NCBI GenBank assembly: GCA_021734645.1 | Contig: JAIPIQ010000003.1 | Location: 1-43,538 of the forward strand | DNA from: Fidelibacterota bacterium | GTDB lineage: Bacteria > Verrucomicrobiota > Kiritimatiellia > JAIPIQ01 | Length of the DNA stretch: 43,538 bases | Reading direction: 5' to 3' | Part shown: positions 10,678 through 19,486 of the stretch, piece after piece | How positions within the stretch are numbered: the stretch's first letter is position 1 | Layout of the letters: every line of letters begins with the position of its first letter | Made by a program: the position numbers and the translations under genes | The notes under the pieces: model-generated | Told to the model about the DNA's origin: nothing | The model's database searches: none | The model's input: the letters and a program-made list of their open reading frames with translations, nothing else

Positions 10678-11496
10678 TTATTTCGTCTCCGGCTGATTCG
10701 CCATACTGAAACGCGCGCCCTCCCAGACGGCACTGATCCGGTCGGGATAGGTGCCGCTCAGCAGCACCTCGGCCAGCCCTGCGGCCCGCAGGGCGCGCGC
10801 CAGGGTTTCGCGGGCCAGGTCGGCCGCGTTGCAATCACGGCTCAGATGGGCCAGAAAGACCTGGCGCAGATGGCCGCCGCGGGCCAGCTCGACCACCAGT
10901 TCCGCGGCGCCGTCATTGGACAGATGGCCCTGGCGGCCGGCGATGCGCTGCTTGAGGGACCAGGGCCGGTCCGCCGCCCGCAGCAATTCGAGGTCGTGGT
11001 TGGTTTCGAGCACGAGGGCCTGGCAGGTCCGCAGGCGTTCGCGGACCACGTGGGTGGTCATGCCCAGGTCGGTCACGATGCCGACGCAACAGGCGGCCGC
11101 CCGCAGCACGAAGGCGACCGGTTCGTAGGCGTCGTGGGGCACGGCAAAGGGTTCGAGGGTCAGGTCGCCGATGGTGAACGGCGCGCCGGTGGTAAACAAC
11201 GTCCAGGGCAGATCCAGCTTGGGTTGCCGCCGCCGCAGGCCATCCACCGTGCCGCGGTTGGCGTACAGGGGCATGCCGTAGCGCCGGTGCAGCACGCCCA
11301 GGCCCGTGGTGTGGTCGGAATGCTCGTGACTGACGACGATCGCCTGCAGCGCCGCCGGATCGAGGCCCAGACGCGCCAGGCGGCGGCTGGTCTCGCGCGC
11401 GCTCAGGCCCGCGTCAATCAGCACGGTCGTGCGCGGCGTGCGCACCAGTGTACAATTGCCGCTGCTGCCGCTGGCCAAAACGCAAATCTGCATCAT
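10678..11496 (-). CDS. MBL-fold metallo-hydrolase (YycJ/WalJ-like)
   Basis: 'LASGSSGN', 'SHEHSDH', 'VPHDA', 'TDLG', 'LETNHD', 'GHLSN', 'LAHLS'. Confidence 0.9.
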   Translation of the reverse strand: MMQICVLASGSSGNCTLVRTPRTTVLIDAGLSARETSRRLARLGLDPAALQAIVVSHEHSDHTTGLGVLHRRYGMPLYANRGTVDGLRRRQPKLDLPWTLFTTGAPFTIGDLTLEPFAVPHDAYEPVAFVLRAAACCVGIVTDLGMTTHVVRERLRTCQALVLETNHDLELLRAADRPWSLKQRIAGRQGHLSNDGAAELVVELARGGHLRQVFLAHLSRDCNAADLARETLARALRAAGLAEVLLSGTYPDRISAVWEGARFSMANQPETK

Positions 11497-11527
11497 TGCT
11501 CCGCCGGGACGCGCCGCGCGCGCCGGG

Positions 11528-13018
11528 TCAAGTCCGGTAATTCGGGGCTTCCTTGGTGATGGTCACGTCGTGGGCGTGGCCCTCGAGCACCCCGGCGTGC
11601 GTGATGCGCAGCAGGCGCCCGCGGGCGCGCAGATCGGATACCGTCCGGCAGCCGCAATAGCCCAGGGCCGCGCGCAGCCCGCCGCCGAACTGGCGCAGCA
11701 CCTTGTCGGCCGTGCCCGCATAGGGCACCAGGCCCTCGATCCCCTGGGGCACCAGATCGTCCTCGGCCGCGTCCGGCTGGCCGTAGCGCTCGCGACTGCC
11801 GGCCCGGCTCTTCATGGCATCCAGACTACCCATGCCCCGATAGACCACGTACTGCCGCCCCTGGCTGATGATTTTCTCGCCGGGACTTTCCTCGGTGCGC
11901 GCCAGAATCGAGCCCATCATGACCGCTTCCGCGCCGGCCACCAAGGCCTTGGGCACGTCGCCGGAATGGCGGATGCCACCGTCGGAAATCACCGGAATCC
12001 GGTCTTCGAGCGCCGCCGCGCAGTGATAGACCGCCGTCAATTGGGGGATGCCCACCCCGGCCACCACCCGCGTGGTGCAAATCGAGCCCGGGCCGATTCC
12101 GACCTTGACCGCATCCGCCCCGGCGGCTTCGAGGGCCAGGGCCGCCTCGCCGGTGACAATATTGCCGGCGATCACATCCCGCTCCGGGTAGTGGGTTTTG
12201 AGCCAGCGCACCATTTCGAGTACGCCGGCCGAGTGGCCGTGGGCCGTATCCACCACGAAGACATCTACTTCAGCGGCCGCCAGGGCTTCCGCCCGGGCGT
12301 GGTCGGCGGGTCCCAGGGCGGCGCCGACCCGCAGGCGATAGGCTTCATCGCGTGTATAGAGCGGATGCTCCTGGCGGATCAGGGCCTGGACGTCCGCAAA
12401 ACTATAGAGCCCGACCAGTTTGCCGGCGGCCACCAGGGGCAACTTGCCGATCCGGTGTTCGATCATGAGGTCATAGGCTTCGGCCAGGGTGGTTTCCGGC
12501 GGGGCGGTAATCACCTTGCGGGTCATGATCTGGGTCACCGGCGTATCCAGGTCACGCGCGAACTTGACATCCGCGGCCGTCACAATCCCCACGAGTTCGC
12601 CCGCGGCATTCAGGATCGGAAAGCCGCTGAAGGTATACCCGCGCCGATCGCGCTCGGCCTGAATATGCCGCAGGGTGACATCGTCCTGAAACGTGACCGG
12701 GCGGGCGATCAGTCCGTTCAAGTGCTGCTTGACGGCCCGCACGTGCCGGGCCTGTTCCTCGGGATCAAGGTTCTTGTGAATGATGCCCAACCCGCCGTTC
12801 ATGGCCATCGCAATGGCCATGCGGCGTTCGGTGACCGTATCCATCGCCGCGCTCAGGAACGGGATATTGAGCTCGATCCGCCGGGTGAGCCGGGTGCGCA
12901 ATTCCGTCTCGTGGGGCAGAAAATCGGCGTATTGGGTTACGAGGGTGACATCGTCAAAGGTCAAGGCTTCGTGGGGGAATTGGGCCATCAAGGCGTCCAC
13001 GGCGGCGTTGCGGGGCAT
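11528..13018 (-). CDS. guaB: IMP dehydrogenase
   Basis: 'LTFDDV', 'SAAMDTVTE', CBS pair, 'DTAHGHS', catalytic '[11 protein letters not shown]', 'YRGMGS', 'EAPNY'. Confidence 0.97.
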   Translation of the reverse strand: MPRNAAVDALMAQFPHEALTFDDVTLVTQYADFLPHETELRTRLTRRIELNIPFLSAAMDTVTERRMAIAMAMNGGLGIIHKNLDPEEQARHVRAVKQHLNGLIARPVTFQDDVTLRHIQAERDRRGYTFSGFPILNAAGELVGIVTAADVKFARDLDTPVTQIMTRKVITAPPETTLAEAYDLMIEHRIGKLPLVAAGKLVGLYSFADVQALIRQEHPLYTRDEAYRLRVGAALGPADHARAEALAAAEVDVFVVDTAHGHSAGVLEMVRWLKTHYPERDVIAGNIVTGEAALALEAAGADAVKVGIGPGSICTTRVVAGVGIPQLTAVYHCAAALEDRIPVISDGGIRHSGDVPKALVAGAEAVMMGSILARTEESPGEKIISQGRQYVVYRGMGSLDAMKSRAGSRERYGQPDAAEDDLVPQGIEGLVPYAGTADKVLRQFGGGLRAALGYCGCRTVSDLRARGRLLRITHAGVLEGHAHDVTITKEAPNYRT

Positions 13019-13049
13019 GAGGGGCTACTCCTTGCTCAGGCGCTGGTCA

Positions 13050-13793
13050 TCAGCGGGTGGGGGCGGCGGCTTCGCGCAGACGGCGGTCCGCCAGTTGTTC
13101 GAGATAGGCATCGCGATAGGCGGGCTCGCAGCGGATGCGGGTCGTGCCATCGAGGTTGCGCAGGGCGACTTCGACCGGTTCGCCGTCCCGCAGGACCACC
13201 ACCGAATCGGTCTTGCGGCCCAAGTAGGCGCCGCGATGGAGGCGGCCGGTCACTTCGCGCAGGGCCACGCGTTCGTCCTGTTGGAAAAGCGGATGGGTTT
13301 CATCAAGCTGGCGGCGCAGTTCAGCCAACAGGCGGGCCCGCTGTTGCTCGGGCGTCGGTCCCGTGGCCGGACGCGCAGCCGCCGGGCGCGCGGTCTGCTC
13401 GAGGGCGGCCGGGGCCGACTCCGCCACCGCTGCGGTATTTTCGCGGCGGGCGCCCGCCGCGCCCGGCGGGGCAGCCCACTCCGGGGCGTAGACCGCCACC
13501 GGATCCGGCGCCGGCTGCACGCCGGGACGCCACAACAACCAGGCGCCCAGCAACGTCAATACCGCCGCCAGTACGCCGGACGGCAACCCGGCCAGCACCA
13601 AACGCCCAAAAGACGGCCCGCCAGCCAATGGCGGGCGCCCCGCCCCGGACGGCGCCGCCTCGGCGGCCGCAATCGGCGCCGCGGCGCTCACGCGCTTGCC
13701 GCAGGCTGGACAGGACACCCCCTGCCGCAGCGCCTCCGGCGCCGCATACACGATCTGCCCGCAAAATCCACATGCCACGGATTGTTCCGTCAT
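13050..13793 (-). CDS. hypothetical membrane protein with N-terminal zinc ribbon
   Basis: CGFC...CPAC N-terminus, one TM helix, Pro/Ala linker; AGGA upstream of the ATG. Confidence 0.6.
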   Translation of the reverse strand: MTEQSVACGFCGQIVYAAPEALRQGVSCPACGKRVSAAAPIAAAEAAPSGAGRPPLAGGPSFGRLVLAGLPSGVLAAVLTLLGAWLLWRPGVQPAPDPVAVYAPEWAAPPGAAGARRENTAAVAESAPAALEQTARPAAARPATGPTPEQQRARLLAELRRQLDETHPLFQQDERVALREVTGRLHRGAYLGRKTDSVVVLRDGEPVEVALRNLDGTTRIRCEPAYRDAYLEQLADRRLREAAAPTR

Positions 13794-13957
13794 ATGAGTT
13801 CCTAGCTCCTGTTTTGGGTCTTGTAGGTTCTTTCCCCTTGCGCCGCAAGCAAAATCGAGCAGAATGCCGTTTCCGGCGGACAGTCGCCGGGTAACGCCGG
13901 ACCCCCGGCTGTCAAGGGCTTAACGGAGGGGTCCAAGGTCTGGGCCAAGTTATGGGT

Positions 13958-13986
13958 TTGACCGCACAGACCCTGAATTGTATTAT
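13958..13986 (+). promoter_or_regulatory. sigma70-like promoter of the LRR gene
   Basis: TTGACC (13958-63), 17 bp, TATTAT (13981-86); ATG follows 6 nt later. Confidence 0.55.
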
Positions 13987-13992
13987 AAGCAG

Positions 13993-15780
13993 ATGATATT
14001 ATCGTATCGTAGATGTGGATTGGCGTTGGTCGGTGTGGCTTTATGCTGCGCGCTGTTCGCTGGTTTGGCTTGTGCGGATTTCACTTATACGACGAATTAT
14101 TTCGGAACAACCGCCACCATCACAGGCTACACCGGACCCGGCGGCGTCGTGGTGATCCCCGGTGATTTGGACGGAAAACCCGTTGTTGCGATCGGCAATG
14201 GGGCTTTTCAAAATCAGATCTCCATCACTGATATTATTGTGCCCGATGGCATTTCGCAGGTGGGCCGGGATGCATTGGCGGGGTGCATCACGCTCACGAA
14301 TGTCCTGCTGGGTGCAGACATCACCGACATTTCCGACGGCCTTTTTTCAGGGTGCGTCAGTCTCAGCCACATTCAGTGGACCGGAGCCATCAACCAGCTT
14401 GGCCGCGGCGCCTTCCGTAACTGCAAGAGCCTGGCGAACATGGTGATCCCGCCGTCGGTCACTCAGGTGCTCATGGACGTTTTCTCAGGATGCGAGGGGC
14501 TGACAAACGTGGTGCTGCACAACGCTGTGACGAGCATCGGCGCCAACGCGTTTAGTCACTGCACGGGGCTGAGTGAGATCATCATTCCCGCGTCTGTGAC
14601 GGCCATGGGGGCGTCGTCGTTTTGGAATTGCACGGGCTTGACGTTCATTGTCGTTGACGACGCGAATCCCGCTTTCGTGTCGGTAGACGGCGTCCTGTAC
14701 AACAAGTCACAAACTACACTTATTTTGTATCCGCCAGCGCGGGCCGGGCACTATGTATTTCCGGAAACCGTCACGCACATTGGTGACCATGCCTTCATGC
14801 ATGTGTCCGGTCTGACGCATCTATCCATTCCGGCAGGAATGCTAAGCATCGGAGAAGGGGCTTTTCGCAACAGCCCTCATCTTGCTTCCGTGGAGGTGCC
14901 AAGTACCGCAACACAGATCGGGGCCAATGCATTCTTGGGCTGTACGGCCCTGAACGCTATTAAGGTGAACGCGCTCAATCCGGTTTATTCCGATATCGAC
15001 GGGGTGCTCTTCTCCAAGGACTTGACCGAATTGATTCGTTTTCCCGGCGCACGGCCCGGAGACCCGTATGTCATACCCACCGGCGTCACGCAGGTGGTGG
15101 CGCAGGCCTTTTCGTCCAGCGCCGGACTGCGGGGCGTGGAATTTCCGTCTACGATCCGGCACGTGCAGGCAGCCGCCTTCGAAGGATGTGTATCACTGGC
15201 GGAAGTGGACTTGCCGCCGGGCCTGACAACCATTGCCTCTGCGCTATTCTTCGGTTGCACGGCGCTGCGCCGGGTGCGGATTCCCGATACGGTAACGTCA
15301 ATCGGGCAATATGCGTTTCTTGGCTGTTCGAGCTTGCCTCGTATTCGGATTCCCGGCAACGTCACCGCCATTGGCGCGGGCCGCGGGGAGACGTTTGCGC
15401 AGTGCGGCAATCTCATGGGAGCGTATTTTGAAGGGGCGCGGCCCTCGCATGGTTCACGGCTCTTTGATGAATCGCTGGATGTCATCGTCTATCGCCTGCC
15501 CGATGCCGCAGGCTGGACGAACGCCCTGTATGCGGATCGCCCGGTACAGATCTGGCTGCCGACGGCGACGATGAGCGGCGACGAAATGCAGCCGGGCTTG
15601 GCGCTTGAGATCGGAGCGGTATGGGCCAACGGCAGGCAACTCATACTGGAGGCACGGGAACAGCTCAACCACGGCGACTGGATCCCTGTCGCGACCAACA
15701 CGACGGCGAACGGCCTGACCACCTTCTCGATCCCCTTGAACCCCGACAGCCCCTCACGGTTTTTCCGCCTGGTCCCTTGA
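13993..15780 (+). CDS. BspA-type leucine-rich repeat (LRR_5) surface protein
   Basis: Signal peptide; repeated 'IP.SVT.IG..AF..C..L'; 'F.S.DGVLY.K..T.LI.YP' inserts; C-terminal '...W..V.TN...RFFRL' domain. Confidence 0.92.
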   Translation: MILSYRRCGLALVGVALCCALFAGLACADFTYTTNYFGTTATITGYTGPGGVVVIPGDLDGKPVVAIGNGAFQNQISITDIIVPDGISQVGRDALAGCITLTNVLLGADITDISDGLFSGCVSLSHIQWTGAINQLGRGAFRNCKSLANMVIPPSVTQVLMDVFSGCEGLTNVVLHNAVTSIGANAFSHCTGLSEIIIPASVTAMGASSFWNCTGLTFIVVDDANPAFVSVDGVLYNKSQTTLILYPPARAGHYVFPETVTHIGDHAFMHVSGLTHLSIPAGMLSIGEGAFRNSPHLASVEVPSTATQIGANAFLGCTALNAIKVNALNPVYSDIDGVLFSKDLTELIRFPGARPGDPYVIPTGVTQVVAQAFSSSAGLRGVEFPSTIRHVQAAAFEGCVSLAEVDLPPGLTTIASALFFGCTALRRVRIPDTVTSIGQYAFLGCSSLPRIRIPGNVTAIGAGRGETFAQCGNLMGAYFEGARPSHGSRLFDESLDVIVYRLPDAAGWTNALYADRPVQIWLPTATMSGDEMQPGLALEIGAVWANGRQLILEAREQLNHGDWIPVATNTTANGLTTFSIPLNPDSPSRFFRLVP

Positions 15781-15844
15781 CCGCACGCCCGTATCAAAAG
15801 AAGGCAGACGTCTATTCCAGGGCATAGAGGCTATTCTCGGCGGA

Positions 15845-15870
15845 CACTACGTCTCTGTCCCCTCTGTCCC
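15845..15870. repeat. 26-bp imperfect direct repeat, left copy
   Basis: cactacgtctctgtcccctctgtccc versus cgctacggcaccgtcccctctgtccc at 16245-16270: 22/26 identical, last 14 exact. Confidence 0.75.
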
Positions 15871-15953
15871 ATCAAGCCAGTCTCTAGCCTCCGCATGTTG
15901 CGAGAACGATGTAACATGGGCATACACCAGTAATTCGTATCGAGCAGGATCAT
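15868..15953 (-). pseudogene. truncated, frameshifted VapC (PIN) toxin remnant
   Basis: ATGA overlap with the antitoxin stop. Reads MILLDTN, then after a 1-nt deletion LVYAHVTSFSQHAEARDWLDG, and breaks off at the repeat. Confidence 0.8.
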
Positions 15954-16198
15954 CGGTATGCTTCCCCTTCCGCGATGGCCAACGTTTCAGAGACGTCGTC
16001 GATGGTGGCCAGCAGGCACCGACCGAGGGCGACCTCCCGCGTGCGTCCCCCCCGCCGAGCCGGTTGCGTTTCCGCCATGACGCGGAGCCCCTGGCGCAAC
16101 GCCGCATTCACGGCGCCTTTGAGGGTCGTCTTTCGCTCCCGGCGAAGCGTTTCTATCTGCACGGCCACGTCATGGTCCAAGGTCAGTGTCGTTCTCAT
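15950..16198 (-). CDS. VapB-type ribbon-helix-helix antitoxin
   Basis: 'MRTTLTLDHDVA...AVNAALRQGL', C-terminal 'L..AEGE'; lies directly upstream of the PIN remnant. Confidence 0.85.
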   Translation of the reverse strand: MRTTLTLDHDVAVQIETLRRERKTTLKGAVNAALRQGLRVMAETQPARRGGRTREVALGRCLLATIDDVSETLAIAEGEAYR

Positions 16199-16205
16199 GC
16201 ATCCA

Positions 16206-16235
16206 AACATAGCATGAGTGATGCCTTGATGTCAA
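16206..16235 (-). promoter_or_regulatory. sigma70-like promoter of vapB
   Basis: Minus strand: TTGACA, 18 bp, TATGTT preceded by TGn; ATG 7 nt downstream. Confidence 0.6.
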
Positions 16236-16244
16236 CCAGGAGAG

Positions 16245-16270
16245 CGCTACGGCACCGTCCCCTCTGTCCC
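16245..16270. repeat. 26-bp imperfect direct repeat, right copy
   Basis: Exactly 400 bp from the copy at 15845-15870. Confidence 0.75.
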
Positions 16271-16318
16271 CGCGCATCGCGGTAAACGTGAAACGGCCGC
16301 TCTGCCCCGCCGGGCGGT

Positions 16319-16909
16319 CTAGCGCCGCGGGCGCGGGCGGCGGAGAGGCCAGCCGCCGGGGGGCAGGGGCGGCTTGGGGGCATCGGGAGCGCGAGGCAGC
16401 TTGGGCCGCTCCGCTTCGACCAAGGCCTGTTCCAAGGCGCGCTGTTGGGACTTGGGCTCGTACTTTTCGGCGACGACGACCCCATTCTCGTCCAGCAGGC
16501 GCACGGCGTATCCCGCAATCTGGTCGGCCACCTGGCCCGTTCGCCGCCCTTGGAATTCTCGCCCGAGGAGCGTGACGGGTTCCGTTTCAACCTTGACGAT
16601 CTGCCCCAAGGGCAGTTGCACGGTCTCGCGGGCGTGAACCGCCGGCAAAACCGCCCCCCCGGAGGCCTCCAACAAGAGCAGCCAGCGGGCGGTCACCTGC
16701 TCCGGGCTCGCGGCTTGCAACCGCCGGAAACTGAACTCGTAGTACACGGATTGCTCCGTCGCGCGGGTTTCCATGCGCCCCACGCTTTGGACATTGCCCC
16801 TCTGCGTCCCCGCAGTCCGGCGCACCCCCTTGATCTCATAGGCCTCCGCGCCCAACACACAACTGACCCCGCCCAGCCAGCCCGCGCACAACCATATCGC
16901 CCATTTCAT
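16319..16909 (-). CDS. hypothetical secreted protein
   Basis: ATG 16909 with GAGGT RBS, signal-peptide-like N-terminus, beta-rich body, Pro-rich tail. Confidence 0.6.
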   Translation of the reverse strand: MKWAIWLCAGWLGGVSCVLGAEAYEIKGVRRTAGTQRGNVQSVGRMETRATEQSVYYEFSFRRLQAASPEQVTARWLLLLEASGGAVLPAVHARETVQLPLGQIVKVETEPVTLLGREFQGRRTGQVADQIAGYAVRLLDENGVVVAEKYEPKSQQRALEQALVEAERPKLPRAPDAPKPPLPPGGWPLRRPRPRR

Positions 16910-17171
16910 GCCGTACCTCACTTTCACCCAGCCCGGAAACCGTTCAACGGAAATACAGATAGCACCCCGCCCCGCCACCGTCAAGCCGCGACGGCTTCCC
17001 CCAGCGATTTGGGCACAGGTCACGAAAGTTGTCATCTGTGCCCCGCGACTCGACTGGGAAAATTCGAGCCTTGACGGAATGGTGAAATGCGTTAAAAAGT
17101 CGGGATTCAGACTTGCGCCGGAAAAGGGCGCCTAACTTTGGTATGCATAATTGGGATGAAGGAGCAGACTC

Positions 17172-18272
17172 ATGGCGACGATTGATTTTGGTGGCACGAA
17201 GGAGCGCGTGGTGACGCGCAAGGAGTTTTCCCTGGCGAAGGCCCGGCAGACGCTCAAGAAGGAGGTCATTGCCGTCATTGGCTATGGCGTGCAGGGTCCG
17301 GCTCAGGCGTTGAACATGAAGGACAACGGCCTGAACGTGATTATTGGCCAGGCCAAGTCCTTCAAGCGGGACTGGCAGCGCGCAGTCAAGGATGGCTGGG
17401 TGCCGGGCGAGACGCTGTTTGATATGGCCGAAGCCACCCAGCGGGGCACGATCATCATGATGCTGGTCAGCGATGCGGCCCAGCGCGCGGTCTGGCCCGT
17501 CATCAAGGAGAACCTCAATCCGGGCGATGCCCTGTATTTCTCCCACGGATTTTCCATCACCTATCGCAAGCAGACCGGTTTGATTCCGCCGAAGGATGTG
17601 GACGTGTTGATGGTGGCCCCCAAGGGGTCGGGGACGTCCGTGCGGCGCAATTTCCTGAGCGGGGCGGGGATCAATTCCAGCTATGCCGTTTTTCAGGACG
17701 CCACGGGCCGCGCCGAGCAGCGCGCGCTGGCCGTTGGCATCGGGATCGGCTCGGGGTATCTTTTCCCGACCACCTTCCCGCACGAGACCAACAGCGATCT
17801 GGTGGGCGAGCGGGGGATTCTCATGGGCGCCCTAGCCGGGGTGATGGAAGCCCAGTACGACACGTTGCGGGCCAAGGGACATTCCCCGAGTGAGGCCTTC
17901 AACGAGACGGTCGAGGAATTGACCCAGAGCCTGATCCGGCTGGTGGATGAAAACGGCATGGACTGGATGTACTCGAATTGTTCGGCCACGGCCCAGCGGG
18001 GCGCTCTCGACTGGAAGCCCCGGTTCAAGAAGGCGGTGCTGCCGGTCTTCAAAGAGCTGTATCAAGCCGTCAAGAGCGGTCGCGAGGCCGAGCGGGTGAT
18101 CAAGACCTGCGGGGCGCCGAACTACCAGGAAGGGTTGGCCCGGGAGCTGGCCGCCATCCGTGATTCGGAGATGTGGCGCGCGGGCGCCGCGGTGCGCAAA
18201 TTGCGGCCCCAATCCCAGGGGCAGACCATTGCCGCCAATGCCAAGGGCGTGGGCGGCCGGGGTCGCAACTAG
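17172..18272 (+). CDS. ilvC: ketol-acid reductoisomerase
   Basis: GYGVQG, 'SDAAQ', 'YFSHGF', 'VAPKGSG', 'SDLVGERG.LMG', 'SEAFNETVEE', 'CSATAQRGALDW'; GAAGGAG RBS. Confidence 0.96.
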   Translation: MATIDFGGTKERVVTRKEFSLAKARQTLKKEVIAVIGYGVQGPAQALNMKDNGLNVIIGQAKSFKRDWQRAVKDGWVPGETLFDMAEATQRGTIIMMLVSDAAQRAVWPVIKENLNPGDALYFSHGFSITYRKQTGLIPPKDVDVLMVAPKGSGTSVRRNFLSGAGINSSYAVFQDATGRAEQRALAVGIGIGSGYLFPTTFPHETNSDLVGERGILMGALAGVMEAQYDTLRAKGHSPSEAFNETVEELTQSLIRLVDENGMDWMYSNCSATAQRGALDWKPRFKKAVLPVFKELYQAVKSGREAERVIKTCGAPNYQEGLARELAAIRDSEMWRAGAAVRKLRPQSQGQTIAANAKGVGGRGRN

Positions 18273-18293
18273 AACCGGAACCGGACGCAAACC

Positions 18294-18713
18294 GTGAATG
18301 GCTGCCATCGAGACCCGCGTGCCCCGATGGCGGCCGTTGGTTTGGTTCCCGCCGGCCCGGTCCCAGACGCGGCGGTGGATCCGTGTGCGGGCACCCCGGC
18401 GCTCCCGGGTATTCCCATGGAGCGGGGTCGGCTCCCGCCCCGTTTCTGGTGGGGGATGGTGCTGCTGCTCACCAATCAGCCTCTGGGGTGGGGTGGGCTA
18501 TTGGTGTGCGGTCTGCTCGCCGTCAGGACCGGCCGCCGCTTCTATTATGCACTGGGGGCGGGCATTTATGGTTTCACCTGGCTTATGTTCGGGGCAGGCG
18601 TCCTGTTGGCCGGGCCAGCCGGTTTGGCCTACTCACGCACGCTCCTGCGCCGCTGCCTGGGCGGGCGCGCCCGCCCCCAAACGCAAGGAATCCCCCATGC
18701 AGCCGACGGGTAA
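18294..18713 (+). CDS. small hypothetical membrane protein (start uncertain)
   Basis: About three hydrophobic segments; overlaps the start of the next gene. Confidence 0.5.
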   Translation: MNGCHRDPRAPMAAVGLVPAGPVPDAAVDPCAGTPALPGIPMERGRLPPRFWWGMVLLLTNQPLGWGGLLVCGLLAVRTGRRFYYALGAGIYGFTWLMFGAGVLLAGPAGLAYSRTLLRRCLGGRARPQTQGIPHAADG

Positions 18714-19473
18714 GCGCCGCCGGGCCGGACAAGCGGTCCTGGCTGCGATCGTGGGCAGCCTGGTTCCCGCGCTCGGAGCCGTGGGACAGGAGGCCGGGCG
18801 ACTGCTGGCCGCGTATGACGACATTCAGACCGTGCAGTGCGACATCCGCCGCGGTTGGGACGGACCGGAGGGCCGCGTGCGCATGAACAGTCGCGTGGCC
18901 TGGGAACGGCCCCGCCGCCTGCACGTCGAAAACTTCTCCCCGTTGCGGCGCCGCTATGTATGCGACGGCACCAACTTCTTTTATTACATCGCGGGGGATC
19001 CCAAGGGATTTTCGCGTCCCGTGCCCGAGCTGGATGCCGAGTGGCGCGCCCGGCTCGAAGCCGTTCCTGGCGCGCCCGGCGAATACCTCGCCCGCCTGGC
19101 GGGGCATGCGGAAGAAGCCCTGCCCGGCGACGCCGAATTCCCGCACCGCTGGCGCTACACCCTGCCCGACGGCGAGGGGCTGCTGCTCCTGGACGAGCAA
19201 CGCCGGCTGGCGGGCATTGATTTATTCCAGGGCCCCGACCGGCAACCGTTATTGCGCCTGCGTTTCAGCGCCCACCGCGAAGTGCAGCCCGGCCTCTGGT
19301 TGCCCCTGCGCCATGAGGCCACCACCTGGCTTGACGGCCAGGAGCGCGCGGAAAGCACGCGCATCGAAAACCTGGTGGTGAACGAACCGGTGCCGCCCGC
19401 CCTCTTCCGCCCCGCCGACTATTTCAAGGACATTCAATTCGTGCCGACCTTCGAACAGATTTATGGACCCTGA
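18697..19473 (+). CDS. LolA-like periplasmic carrier/sorting protein
   Basis: ATG 18697 after AAGGA; signal peptide; 'VAWERPRRLHVE', 'YVCDGTNFFYY', C-terminal 'NL.VNEPVPPALF'. Confidence 0.65.
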   Translation: MQPTGKRRRAGQAVLAAIVGSLVPALGAVGQEAGRLLAAYDDIQTVQCDIRRGWDGPEGRVRMNSRVAWERPRRLHVENFSPLRRRYVCDGTNFFYYIAGDPKGFSRPVPELDAEWRARLEAVPGAPGEYLARLAGHAEEALPGDAEFPHRWRYTLPDGEGLLLLDEQRRLAGIDLFQGPDRQPLLRLRFSAHREVQPGLWLPLRHEATTWLDGQERAESTRIENLVVNEPVPPALFRPADYFKDIQFVPTFEQIYGP

Positions 19474-19486
19474 AGGGAGCAATACC

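Noticed and set aside
11429-13894. Long opposite-strand ORFs (821 aa here; also 4995-7013, 23003-25324, 40632-42122)
   Set aside because: Antisense shadows of well-supported genes in GC-rich DNA, with no motifs of their own.
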